This document shows positions 51,868-64,000 of a stretch of DNA of 64,000 bases, piece after piece. Origin of the DNA: Macrostomum lignano (Eukaryota); contig NIVC01001096.1 in the NCBI GenBank assembly GCA_002269645.1, forward strand, positions 295,332-359,331. The letters run 5' to 3'. The position numbers were made by a program, and so were the translations under genes. The notes under the pieces were generated by a model, which was given only the letters and a program-made list of their open reading frames with translations, was not told where the DNA came from and did not search any database. The first letter of the stretch is position 1. The number at the start of each line of letters is the position of its first letter.

Positions 51868-53869
51868 TCGGTGCAGCTGGGCGACAGGCCATAATGGCTG
51901 AAAGTGTTGTGGTAAGAGTACAGATGCAAGAAAATACATGAAATTAATATAACGAAGTAAAGTAGAATTATGAAATAATATAACAAAGTAAACTAGAACT
52001 ATGCCAATTATTGATTTTTGCTTTTTAAAAAAGTTGCAGTAGCCTACACAATGCAAACAAATTTTTATATAGGAATAGTTTTGGTGCATGGCACAAGCAA
52101 ACTTTTTTGATAAGAATTGTTTTAGTATATAATATATGAATATGGTACAATCAAACTTTTTTGATAGGATTCATTCTAGCACAGGCATACTATGATCTTG
52201 ACTATGGCCACTGAATAGTCATTTTGATTTTGTCTATTATAGTAATATAAAAGGGGCACATGATATATAACTCTCTAAGCTACTTGACAACTGTACTAGG
52301 CCCTATGCACAAACTATAATAGCTCAAGAATTAACCAATTGCTTGAATTATTAAAAGTTGACAAGCTTATGCAGTACAGATACCAACATACATGCGCAAC
52401 AGTCAGCCGAGTCAGCCGATCCAGCTGACTGATTTGGCAGCCAACCAAGGAAGTCGCAAAAATTCCATCCCGAAAAAATAACCAAGAAGTAGTACTAAGT
52501 AGCTGACAAGGCATGTTGGCTTAATAAGGCAGTCATAGTTACTCCTGCCGTTTACCCAAAGTTGCGTTAATTTTGCTTCAGGGTTTTTTTACATGTAAGT
52601 CGCATTTTTGGCCAAAAACTATGTCACATTTTTGTTAAAACTAAATCGCATGGCCGACCGAATTTTGGAGGTTGCGCATGAATGAATACCAACTAAACTG
52701 TACAGTGAGTGTACCAATTTATATAATTCTAGGCCTAGGCTACACTATGTCTGTTTTTAAGTAGATTAGAGTCTAGACCTATATCATTGACAAAAAAGTT
52801 AAATTCAAAGTGAAGTCTTGAATAAATGTTAGTCCTAGGCCTAAAGCTTAGATGAACTATGCTATGGATATAGCATATTATGGATATATGGATATGGACT
52901 ATGGTTATGATAACAGTGCCACTGCGGCACTGCCACTATTATTGGATAAGTTGTTTTATGACAAAGTCTAATTGTCTAACCAACTAGATACAAATTGCAT
53001 AGTCATAAGATAGTAAGAAAAAAATTAATTTAACTAAAACAACGGGAAAATCTTAACTTCTGGCAGCGCACTAACTTGCTTGCAACCGTTAGAAGCAGCA
53101 ACATGTGAATGCCTGCTGATCATGCGCCATGTGCGAGCCGTAAGTTGCGAAGAGTGAATTTTAAAACTGTTCAAAGTCACTATTGTTTGTGCATTTAAAA
53201 TCGAAGCAGTTAAACACCCATGCCTAGTAGATACCAAAGGTAGCCATAATTCTTGCAGTGCAAGCATAAAATAATATTTTTTGTTTCTATTGCTAAATAA
53301 TAAGCATCAGTAGACTCAAATAAAGCACATACTTAACGTTTTTGCAGCATCAGTAGGTGGTTTTCACAATGGGCAACGAAATGCAGCGGCAAAAAATCCC
53401 ATGTGCTAAACTGAGTATCAGCAGTCACAATTCTTAATTGTTCGCATGCTTCGAGTCTTTTTTGTTTTCCTACATGTACACTATAATATCAATAACTAGA
53501 ATTTAATCTAATCGTTGCCTAAGGCTAGCTTGCACACACGTCTTTCATAACTCACCGTTTGCTTTCGTTGATAGTTAAAAGGGTATGACTTTCCCCTTAA
53601 GTCTTCGGTCGTTAGTTGATGCTTTTTAATAGCGGTCAGTAGAGGTCAGTTTTATATATCCTCATGGACTTTTTTTGTTACATATGTAGATGACAATTAA
53701 CTATAAAAATGAAAACTCTGTCTATGGCCAAGATCCATTGCAAATCTTCTTACCTAAAAGGAGATGGAACAGAAGATTAGGAAGAGCAACAGGGGAGAGT
53801 CCAGAGACAAGAAAAAAGAAAATAAAGAAAATAAAAGTCCAGGGAGAGGCGAGAAAAGATATACATGTA

Positions 53870-54360
53870 AGAGAAGAGAAGAGGAGAGGAGAGGAGAGGA
53901 GAGGAGAGGAGAGGAGAGGAGAGGAGAGGAGAGGAGAGGAGAGGAGAAGAGAAGAGAGGAGAATAGAGGAGAAGAGAGGAGAGAGTGTAAAGAGGAGATA
54001 GAGAAGAGAAGAGAGGAGATAAGAGGGATGAGACAGGAGAAGAGAGAGAAGACAAGAGAGAGTAGAGAGAAGAGAGGAGCGATAAGAGATAAGAGAGAGG
54101 GGGGAAAGAAGAGAGAATAAAGAGGAGAAAGAAGAGAGGAGAGATGAGATATGAGAGAGAGGGGGGAGAGAAGAGAGAATAAAGAGGAGAAAGAAGAGAT
54201 GAGAGAAGAGGGATGAATGAAGAGAGGAGAGAGAAGACAAGAGAGAGAAAAGAGAGGAGAAAGCTAGGAGAGAAAAAATATTTGATAGATAAGATCAGAA
54301 AAGAAAGGAGAGAGGAAAGAGGGGAAGAGAAGGGAAGGGAAGGGAAGAGAGGGAAAGAAG
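53870..54360. repeat. (GAGGA)n microsatellite grading into a GA-rich low-complexity tract
   Basis: Directly visible. Confidence 0.93.
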
Positions 54361-55146
54361 TTTTAAAGGGCACGAGGGAAGTAGAGGCAGAGGCCAGAAT
54401 TTGCCAAGGCAAGGTTTAGACAGACGTTATTCTGCGCGGCACCCCAGCCGCGCTTTTGTTTTGTTTTTTAGTTTAACTTCAGGTTTGGGATTGCGATTGG
54501 AAACTAACATGAGTGCTGTATTACATGTATAGGGATGAAGCAGCGCTTATTAATTTTCTACCAATCTCTTGCAAATCGGTGACATGCAGTCCTAAAGATG
54601 GGCTTTCACCAATTGCTGCATTTGGTTGAAACTGTAACTTTGTTCTTGAGCTCAAGGCCAAGGTTTACCTAAACCTGTCGCAAAGACTTTCGACATGACT
54701 GGCTATATCAGAGAGAGCCAATTTGTGTCCATGAATGATGTAGGAATGACTTTTAAATTTAAAAATGCATGCAACAATATAGTTCCGAGGATTCGAATTT
54801 AGCGGGTTTAAAATATCGGGTTTCAACAGTTTGAATTCGATCTTATATGTATTTAATTATTAGTGATGTTAGTCATTGATTGTTCTCGAGTCAAAGCTAG
54901 TTCATGGGCGTAATATCCATTCTTTCCTTCAAAAATGAATGAAAAAGCAAGCATTTTAAATCGGCAAAAGAAAGGAATTTACAAATCCATCGGATCTATT
55001 TTATTAACAAAATAATTGGATTCATACACTTGAACGAAAACCTGACTCCAGGGTTTTGAAATCTCACCCAAAAGCGTAAAAAAAGTATTTTTTTCCCGAA
55101 AAAATGAGCAAAGGAGATCGAGAGGAGTTAAAGTTAAAAAACTTTC

Positions 55147-58100
55147 TTATTCGTCACATTCAGCATAGGCTGCAGACTCTTGTGTTTTCTCTGAAGCAGG
55201 AGCCGGGTTATTAGTCTTTGTTTCAGAGGCAGTCCCCTGTAAACTTTTAATTTTTGTTCTTATCTTCTCTGCTGGCGAATGCTCGAAAGATTTCCGGCCG
55301 TATACGAACGAATCCAGTTGCGTCGGGAAGGTATCAATACGGAAGTTCCTCAGATATAAAACGTAGTCATTTAAGTCTTCGTTGATGCGCCACTGTGTGT
55401 ACCAGTGAGGTGGCTTAGTTCGCTGGCGCTTTGGTCTGAAGCCGATGAGGCGTTCAGCATCCGTTGAGTACATCCAAACGAAGTTCTTCTGAGCGCAAAT
55501 TAGACCTATATGTAAAAAATGTAGAAAGCCAGTCGTTAGATTCAAGGTAGAAAACTCCGCTATTCGAGCCAGTGGCTGTGCGTGCACCCTGGCGCACTCT
55601 AAGCGACAAGCGACATAGGCGCACTCTATCTTGTCGCACAACCGGCAAGAGGCATTACTGCCATTCCACCGACGCGCCTGAGCAGGCACACAAGCACGCG
55701 GATACGTACGCAGTCATACGCACAGGCACACACTCACACAGGAGTGTACAGCGGCCCTACTTTATTTATAGTTCGGCATGTACACTTCACTGTGCCTTGG
55801 GGAGTTGGTCCTCAAGCTGGTTGTTAATTTCACGAGCAGAGCCAAGCCGAGATTCCAATTTAGCCTTCAATTAATGTGCATGCACTTGGAATCGAGCCCG
55901 GGCCGCTGGCACATTAGAGCGCCGCGTTAGACCACGAGGCTACGGCCCCTCCCAATCTATTTGCTCTAATTAAATCCCAATCCAAGAGCTTTCATTCACC
56001 AGGCTGATTGACTGGCACGTCGGGCAGATCTAGCCACAGCCCGGCATCTCTCGTGGCCTTGTCCCGCTGATTCAATTCGAACACAAGAGCCAGCGATTCG
56101 GTCAGCACGGCTGGCAGGACGCGATTCTGCGTGTCAGACCTTGCGTCCGGCTCATCGCATCCCGGATAAGTCATCACGTCATGCAGCCAGATCTCTTTAT
56201 TGGCGTCGAGCATCAGGTCCAGTCCAAACAGCTGCCAGCTGCCTGGCTTGTCGCCCACAATGCTGTCAATCTGGCTGGCCAAGTTGTTAACAATTCGATG
56301 CAAACGACGCAAAAATCGATGCTCCGAATTTGTCGAATCCGAGGTCGACGACGAAGGCTGATTTGACGATGACGAAGTCGTTGGCCAGAGTGCGGAATCG
56401 AGCTCGCGACTATTAGTGATAGACGGCAGGCCGAGAGATTCGCGCGCATCGTCGTATGGTCGGCAATAATCGGCCGAGCTGTTCGAGGCAGTCTTTTCCC
56501 GGCCATGTCTCGAATAGTCGGGGTCCCAGGTGAACGGCCACGTGAAGTGACAGCGCAGATCATTGCTTTTCTCTTCGTACTCGCGTTGAGCGATGCGAAT
56601 GTAGCCAGGGTGAAGGAAGGCAACGACCCGTCGGTCAGTGAGGACGGACACGAGTAGGAACATTCTCAAATCGAAACGTCGGCCTTCTAACAACTGAGGA
56701 TTTGTTAGGTGTCTGCAAGTGCAAGCGAAGTAGAATGACATATATAGCTGCAATCTTGATTCGAATAGTTTTACGCAGTAAAGATCATAGGACACAAGAC
56801 ACCAAGACAACAAAAACCAAGACAATTACACAGCCGCTAAAGAGACTAAGACACTAGATACTACGTGTAGGACACTAGGACACTTAAGGCACAAGAACAC
56901 AACACTTAATAATACACTAGGACCAGGAACCGTAAGATGTTACTAAAACCAAAGTTGCTATGAGATTGCAAACTAAAGACAGAGAAGCTATACAAAAGGA
57001 CACTTAGGACAACTAGGACATTTAAGACCACTAGGACACTTAGGTCCACCAGGACACTTAGGAAAACTAGGACACTTAGGACCACTCGGACATTTAGGAC
57101 AACTAGGACACTTACGACCACTAGGGCATATAAGACAACTGTCAATAGGATATTTGGGACCACTAGGACACTTAGGACAACTATCAATACGACATTTAGG
57201 TCAACTAGGACACTTACAACCACTAGGGACACTTATGACCACTATAAATAGGATACTCGGAACTACTAGGGCACTTAGGACAACTATCAATAGGACACTT
57301 GGGACCACTAGGACACATAGGACACCAAGACATTAGGATACTATTTCCATGTAGGTAGTTGAAGACACTAAGGACACTAGGCCTATAAGACACAAGACAC
57401 CAAAGCACAAAGACATTAGGTCACTAATGACACAGGGACAATTGAACACAAAGACGCATAATAGGACAATTGAGCAATAGGACACGCAGCCAGTTATCCA
57501 ATAACCTTTGCAGCACAAAGAACTGTCCTCGCAGCCGCCTATGCAGGTCGTAGCGCACAAAAGTCTCCAGCTCCGCGGCCGAATCGATCAGCTGAACTCC
57601 GTTGCCGCCTTTAAGGGAGGCGGCTCGAATCAACCAGCGCTGCTTGTCGCCATAGGCACCCTCTGAAAAGTGAACGGATTGAACTCAATTGTTCTACCTT
57701 AGAGCTCAATTGTCACTAGCTATCTTAGCTCTAGGTTTACTTACTGAGCATATTATCGCAAACATATTCAAATTTCTTCTTAGTAGCCAGTACAATCGTG
57801 TCCGGGATGAACAAATTCTCCTGGAAGCAGGTGCACATCCGTTTGCCACGCTGCGGACAATCTGGTTCACTGCACACCTGACCAAAGTCGTGCTTCATGT
57901 AGATGTGGTGGCACATCTGAAATAGAATCGATATCTAGAGGTGTTAACGAGCATTAAAGAATTTCTTATTTAAGGAATTACGAGCTAGGTTCATTCAATG
58001 AATTTTGAGTTTTTTTAGGGGCAATTAGAACCTACATGTAAAGGCTTGTTGACACTGCCAAAAAATGAAATCAATTTTTTGGTATTCTCCTCATCTGGTT

Positions 58101-61100
58101 TTCCCTCGTGTGATTTGATAGCTCATTTAATGGTGCTAACAGTGAATGTTGAACTCTAATGAACTTTAAGGATCTGCATAAGGACTGGGACGTCGATTTT
58201 CGCTAAGGTCACAACTTAATCGAACCCAACGGTATGAAGTTTTGAGCTTGAGAAGTGAAATCTGAGCTTGTGAGAAAACAGTCATTTTGCTTTCTTAAAG
58301 CTTCCAAAATTTTTTTTAAATATGGTAATATGATGATAATAAAAAGCCTGAAGATCTACCCCCAGCACCTTAATGCGTTTTTAACCGACTTTGTTTCGTC
58401 ACTTGGAAATGTAGGCTATGCTGGACTTTAGGAAATGCAAACTTTAGGACATGCTAAACTTTAGATTTATGCAAACCAAGGAGACCAGTACGTAAAACCA
58501 GCCATACTAAATTTTCCGAATCTCGGCTAGGATCCTTAGTGCAACACAATCCCCAATCGGGTAATGAATTTTTTTTATCAAGATTCGTCAATCGTACCGA
58601 CTGCTTTTCAATGAACGCCACTTTGGGCGGCTTGTCACTCGGACCCCGGTGCTGTTCGCGAATTTTCTCCGGATCTCGGCACCAGTGCCCCGGGTAGCAC
58701 TGGCCTTCGCTGGCCACGCAGCCGCTTAGTCGAGCCACCAGGCACTGCAGATCTGTCAGTACCCGGTCCAGGTTCACTTGGTTGATGAAAAACACCTGGC
58801 AAGGTGGATTAAGTGCACCCGAATCTCGCTAGCGGGCCCTGGTTGACTGGATCGTACTATTCAGAGAAGCACATTCATTGAATTACCTGTTCTGGCGATA
58901 CTGCATCCCTAGCTCCGCCAGTGCCTCCAATATCAGCCAGCATTCGCAGCGCCTGTTCACGGCTAAGCCACAGAAACATTCGCTCCTGATAAACTGGCAG
59001 CCTGCCCGCCTCCATCATGCCCATCCTCTGGCAGAATTCCACGACAAGCCGGTCTAACAGCGGGTGCACCGCGGCAAGATTTTGATCAGCGGCGTCTTCT
59101 TCGCCTTCGACGTTGCTGCCGCTGTCGCCTCGTCCGCGACGCCGCGATCGAGTGACAAGAAATCGCAACGACTTTGGTAGTACTCGAGGATTATTCAACG
59201 ATAGTCGTCTAGTATACCTCTGAGGGAGTTAGAGTTCGAGGGGATGCGTGTCGAGCGGCGGGCTTCTCTATTGTGCGATGAGGACCAACTGACAAGGCGG
59301 TGAGTATGTACATGCTCAAGAATGAGAAATTCAGCTATAGACCTTAAACAACCTTTTTACGTATCTGTATTCATGTGCAAGCTCAATATTCAACGTAATG
59401 GACATGACTGCTTGCCATGACGACATTCCAGACTAGTCAAATGCTTCACAGAGGTTTATCACCCTAGTCTCCAAAACTGACCTACATTTTGGCACACAAA
59501 AAGCTAGATGTGAGTAAATTTGTTGTCAAAAAACGTTATTTCTTACTGCAGGCTGTACAGTTCGGACTCGGTGCTATACAATTTCTCAGCTTTCTTCATC
59601 GCCAGAGCGGCCCGAGTCAGCTTCCGTCTGCTGGACGCAGTGCCGGTTGCCGCGCCACCTTCGACAGCCGCATTTTCATCGGTTTGGTCATCTTCGGGAG
59701 CTTTTTCGCCCGGACCAGCTTCCGCTAAAATCAATGCCAATGGTATATTCAGTTGGTGGTTTAGCATAGAACTTGCCTGAGTTAGCGGCAGTGATCCAGA
59801 CACTGTACTGGAGGCAGTGGTATGCTTAAACGACAATCGAAATTGAAAGTAGTAAGCTTGAGGTATAAAACGATTTGAGGTAAATTTTTAGGGCTTCTTG
59901 AAGTTTATGTTGATAAAATACTTCCAATTTTCCGATTTTTCTAAAACTTGTGGTGGACACTTATGGGACACCGAAAATCTCAAAATGCAAATAAAACAGC
60001 AGAAAGTTACCTGTACGGTTGGTGCAATCACAATTTACTCGATTTCCTATTCTCTTAATGAGGTTCGGTAAGCAAAAGTTTCTACAAATACATTTTTGAA
60101 AGTGTATCCACTAGACTTTTCATATAGTAGCACATGTGCTAGAACCTCATTAGGCCAATTAAAGATTAATATTAATATCTGAAAAATAATATGCAATTGT
60201 CTTTTATAGTTGATGATAATAGTTTTTCAATTTACTTATAATGCATAGACAGTGCCATGTCACTGTTCGCTTTTTTTAAAAACTGCCACGTCACGACCCG
60301 CCTGATCTTTGCACTTGCGCATTTTAACTGCACCCAGCCAAAGCAACTTTGAAGCACTTTGCACCTCTCTTCTCAAGTCTCAACCAATAACTGTACAAGG
60401 CTACTTTACTAATTCTAGTGTATTAAGGCAATAACAGCACTTGATTTCGGTAAGCAAATTCGGTCTCCATGCCTCTATTGAAGTTTATGTTTATATAATC
60501 AATCCTCATGAAGAATCTCCCCACCCTAAAACCCCCATTCCCCATGCCCCGGTGGTTGGTTTTAAGCTATAACGCCCCCCTATTAGGATTGAAAAAAATC
60601 AACACAATCTTCAATAGGTCTCCATGCCTCTATTGAAGTTTATGTTGATAAAATCAATCCTTATGAAGAATCTCCCCACCCTAAAACCCCCATTCCCCAT
60701 GCCCCAGTGGTTGGCTTTAAGCTACATATAATTGGGTTAAAGCTACCAAAAAATGGATCTCAAATTTGAAATCAGCACCATCAAAAACCCCTATAGAGAC
60801 GGAATTATGATCCTATCAAAATTGGAAGTATTTTATCAACATAAACTTCAAGAAGCCCAAATTGGCTATAACCCCTATAGAGACGGAATTATGATCCTAT
60901 CAAAATTGGAAGTATTTTATCAACATAAACTTCAAGAAGCCCAATTTTTAGGGCTTGATTCCCTTGTGGTTTAGGGCTCGATTCCCTTGTGGTTTAGGGC
61001 TCGATTCCCTTGTGGTTTAGGGCTCGATTCCCTTGTGGTTTAGGGCTCGATTCCCTTGTGGTTTAGGGCTCGATTCCTTGTGGTTTAAGGCTCGATTCCC

Positions 61101-61859
61101 TTGTGGTTTAGGGCTCGATTCCCTGGTGGTTTAGGACTCGATTCCCTTGTGGTTTAGGGCTCGATTCCTTGTGGTTTAAGGCTCGATTCCCTTGTGGTTT
61201 AGGGCTCGATTCCTTGTGGTTTAAGGCTCGATTCCCTTGTGGTTTAGGGCTCGATTCCTTGTGGTTTAAGGCTCGATTCCCTTGTGGTTTAGGGCTCGAT
61301 TCCCTGGTGGTTTAGGACTCGATTCCCTTGTGGTTTAGGGTCGATTCCCTTGTGGTTTAGGGCTCGATTCCCTTGTGGTTTAGGGCTCGATTCCCTTGTG
61401 GCTTAGGGTTCGATTCCCTTGTGGCTTAGGGTTCGATTCTCTGGTGGTTTAGGGCTCGATTCCCTGGTGTTTTAGGGCTCGATCCTCTGGTTCTCTAGTG
61501 GGATGGTTTAGGGCTCCCTTCTTAGGTTGTTTCGGGTGCATTCTTGCGAGATGTTTTAATTTAAGTTTCATTCATAGTATGCGTATAATGATTTAAGAAG
61601 GTACACAGGTAACCGCGTCACCAAATTAAGGATTACACTGACCGTTGTGGGCCTCTTTCAGCGAACCAGAAATACGCAGCAGACCTCCAATTAGCGACTG
61701 TTTGAACCTGTCAAGCAATCGATGCACTCGATGTCCGCTAATGTCGTTATTAATGTTAGCTAATTGTTGAGCACTGTCAGATGGGTCGGCCTCGGAGTTT
61801 GTGGCCTCAGCCGTGTAATCAGACACCGCCTTCAACAGTCTGGGCTCGAGAGATGGCAT
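55147..61859 (-). CDS. Tubulin-tyrosine ligase-like (TTLL) family protein, ~801 aa, divergent active site
   Basis: Exons 61859-61643, 59724-59547, 59208-58887, 58795-58508, 57916-57745, 57662-57506, 56712-56000, 55505-55147, all phase-compatible. TTL motifs: FIPDT.VL, WLIRA..GGNGVQL, VLQRHLTNPQLLEGRRFDLRMFLLV, FGLDLMLD..IWL. Confidence 0.85.
55575..55949 (-). mobile_element. Near full-length tRNA-derived SINE in the last TTLL intron
   Basis: Minus strand GGGGCCGTAGCCTCGTGGTCTAACGCGGCG..GGGCTCGATTCC (A- and B-boxes); body matches the 43242 copy. Confidence 0.85.
56790..57480. repeat. Degenerate 9/18-bp repeat (GGACACTTA/GGACAACTA) in a TTLL intron
   Basis: Directly visible. Confidence 0.85.
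60463..60944 (+). repeat. Two adjacent direct duplications (~106 bp at period 154; ~75 bp at period 84)
   Basis: GGTCTCCATGCCTCTATTGAAG.. at 60463 and 60617; ACCCCTATAGAGACGGAATT.. at ~60786 and ~60870. Confidence 0.85.
60950..61490. repeat. 23-bp minisatellite (TAGGGCTCGATTCCCTTGTGGTT), ~23 copies, in TTLL intron 1
   Basis: Directly visible; each unit carries TTAGGG and a B-box-like GG(C/T)TCGATTCC. Confidence 0.96.
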
Positions 61860-62184
61860 GCTGTTAACTTTCTTCAGGCTGTGATAGCGAACCTAAGTTC
61901 GTTCTATCAAAGAAAATTAAACTAATTAACTTACTGGACCGTTGTATAAAGTGGCTTAAGTGAGTTATTGTCTCAAATAGGAGTTTAAACCGTATTTGGA
62001 CCAAATTTAGACCATAGACAGTCAAACTATTGAATTCGTTCATCAATAAACTAAACCGGGGCTAAGTATAGCAGCTGTAAACCCATCTGTCTTTCGTGCC
62101 AAGATCCTTCGAAAGTAACTGCATGCTTATTTTTCTTGTAGGTTTTCATTCTTATTCAGAGGTACATCGGTGAGCTATTAATTC

Positions 62185-62400
62185 ATGCATAGGGGCCTAC
62201 CCTCAAGGCACACAGAGTGTACATCCCTAACAATTAGAAAGTCTTGGCCCACGCACACCTTGTTTGCGCGTGTGTATGGGTGTGTGCCTGCGTACCGTAT
62301 TGGCTCGTTTGTACACTCGTAGGTGCTCAGGAGGCAGCGGAATGGGCAGAATTGCCTAAGCGCTGGGTTTGTACATGTACGTTGGATGATGTCGCGCGAA
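62185..62400 (+). mobile_element. Diverged partial copy of the local SINE family
   Basis: CCTCAAGGCACACAGAGTGTACATC..ATTAGAAAGTC..TGCTCAGG..AATGGGCAG matches the other copies. Confidence 0.6.
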
Positions 62401-62899
62401 GGCGTTGCATTGTGGTCACAGTGTGGTCACAGCCCTCCTGTAATTATTATTATTGTTCTTATCGGGACTACACTGCACTGGATACGATAGGACCAAATAG
62501 TAGTAGTTACTATCGCCTTTTATAGAGTTCCACCAGGGCTTAAAAATGAAGCCCCTTTTTGTAGTTGTCTAGCTTCGTACTTTTTTAGGTTCCCCGATGC
62601 AGAGCCACGAGTAGAATCGAAAAAAACAAGTCAATAACTAATTTAATTTACTAAAGTATTCTTAGAAATCTAGCTTATTCCACGTGTGGAACTTACTTCG
62701 TCTCACTGCCCATGTGATAGGGATAGAATAGTATCTTACTTTTATACTTCACATATCCTGTCGCCTCAGTCATTAATAATTGGATGGGTACTACAAGATA
62801 GCTAGTTTTATCCACGACTGACGAACCTGATTAATTATATAGCTAGCTTATGATATTAACTCACTGGTGGACGTTGCCATGATTAAGGACTTTTTTAGT

Positions 62900-63630
62900 T
62901 ACGAGGGATATCTGACTGGAAATTGATGCCTACTAGCAAATTTTTGTCCCACCGATAGCTGGAGGCAACTAGGAAAGGAGTAAAAGTTATCAAAGTTTTG
63001 TCGTTTACATAGTAAGAGCAGAAATTTCGGAATAATGTTGCATTATTTTTCAACATAAGTCCCCCTGGCGATCAATGCACTTCTGCCATCGGTCGCGCAG
63101 CGCCCGGATACCGCTGGTGAAGAAGTCGGCCGGTTGGTCCTCCAGCCACTGGTTGGCGATGGTGATGACCTCTTCGTTGGACTCGAAATGGTGCCCACGA
63201 ATTGGCCGCTTGAGCTGACGGAATAGATGGAAATCAGAGGATGCCTGCAGGTCTGGTGAATAGGCCGGATGGGGGAGGATTTCAAACCCGCAGTGGTGCA
63301 GCATTCACCGCAACCTGGGCGGTGTGAGCTGGGGCATTGTCGTGAAGCAGCAAGGGGCCAGCACTCAGCTTCCCCCGCATCTTCTGGACAACTGCCTGAC
63401 GAAGCCGGCCAAGCTGTTCAGCGTACCGGACACCTGTGACAGTATATCCAACAGGCAGGTACCCGCGAGCAGGATCCCCTGACAGTCCCAGAAGAAACAG
63501 CAAAGATCTTTCCAGCTGACTTCGCTTGCTTAAACTTGCGGGGGGGCCTTCCAAGGGAGCCGCTACTCCATGGAATCTCGCTTAGACTCGGGGGTCATAG
63601 TGGTAGATCCAGCATTTATCCCCAGTTAAG
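62900..63630 (-). mobile_element. Mariner (Tc1/mariner D,D34D) transposase remnant, 5'-truncated, with frameshifts and stops
   Basis: TGDKCWIYHYDPESK, LLHDNAPAH, ILPHPAYSPDL..SDFHLF, WQKCID; TIR-like TACGAGGG at 62900. Confidence 0.92.
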
Positions 63631-63659
63631 AGCATTTTAACTGAAGGGCCAGATAGAGA

Positions 63660-63865
63660 ATCTAACAGAAGACTGCGGATCAGAGAGATGAGAGTGGAGG
63701 GGAGAGAAAAGAGAGTGGATAGAAGAGAGATGGGAGAGAAGGGCAGAGAGGTGAGAGAGTAGAGAGAGGCGGGATGAGAGATGAGAGATGAGAGAGGAAG
63801 GCTGGAGATGAGAGGAGAGAGGAAAGAGGGGAGAGGGGAGATTAGTAAAGAGAGGAGATTGGAAA
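63660..63865. repeat. GA-rich low-complexity tract
   Basis: Directly visible. Confidence 0.85.
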
Positions 63866-63884
63866 AAACTGAGAAGAGACAAAC

Positions 63885-63993
63885 CTTGAGCGGGCCGCGT
63901 TGCTATTGTGTTGTGAAGTTTCAAAGACCGAGGGCCGGATCGAGAGGTTTTTCGGGCCGCATGTGGCCCCGTGGCCAGAGTTTGCGACCCCTG
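63885..63993. mobile_element. One end of a hAT-type MITE
   Basis: CGGGCCGCATGTGGCCCC..AGTTTGCGACCCCTG resembles the 44548 terminus; the opposite TIR was not found. Confidence 0.45.
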
Positions 63994-64000
63994 CCCTGCC

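Noticed and set aside
52300-53300. Hydrophobic stop-ridden minus-strand fragments as a receptor pseudogene
   Set aside because: No recognisable motif; too degraded to support a call.
2280-61490. Regular ~21-30-bp repeats as CRISPR arrays
   Set aside because: Head-to-tail units with no unique spacers, no cas genes, and a eukaryotic context.
60950-61490. Interstitial telomere
   Set aside because: TTAGGG occurs once per 23-bp unit, not as tandem hexamers.

Overview
Animal (eukaryotic) genomic DNA: GT-AG introns, GC-rich exons, AT-rich intergenic DNA and many minisatellites. The style suggests an invertebrate such as the flatworm Macrostomum, which is inference only. Genes were rebuilt by hand with phase-consistent splice sites: two tandem LITAF-domain paralogs (+), a 12-exon ELAPOR/KIAA1324-family gene (-, first exon not found), RPS28 (-), a nucleolin-like gene with an N-terminal RGG domain (-), and an 8-exon tubulin-tyrosine-ligase-like gene with a degenerate active site (-). 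Mobile DNA: a decayed Ty3/gypsy element with only its 5' LTR, a 7.7-kb Mutator-like element (214-bp TIRs, perfect 9-bp TSD) carrying a decayed CXXC-finger remnant, a putative CMC/EnSpm-type element carrying a BEN-domain ORF, a hAT-type MITE, a mariner remnant and four copies of a tRNA-derived SINE. Most long ORFs in the supplied track are artefacts of tandem repeats. No CRISPR, rRNA or intact tRNA was seen.
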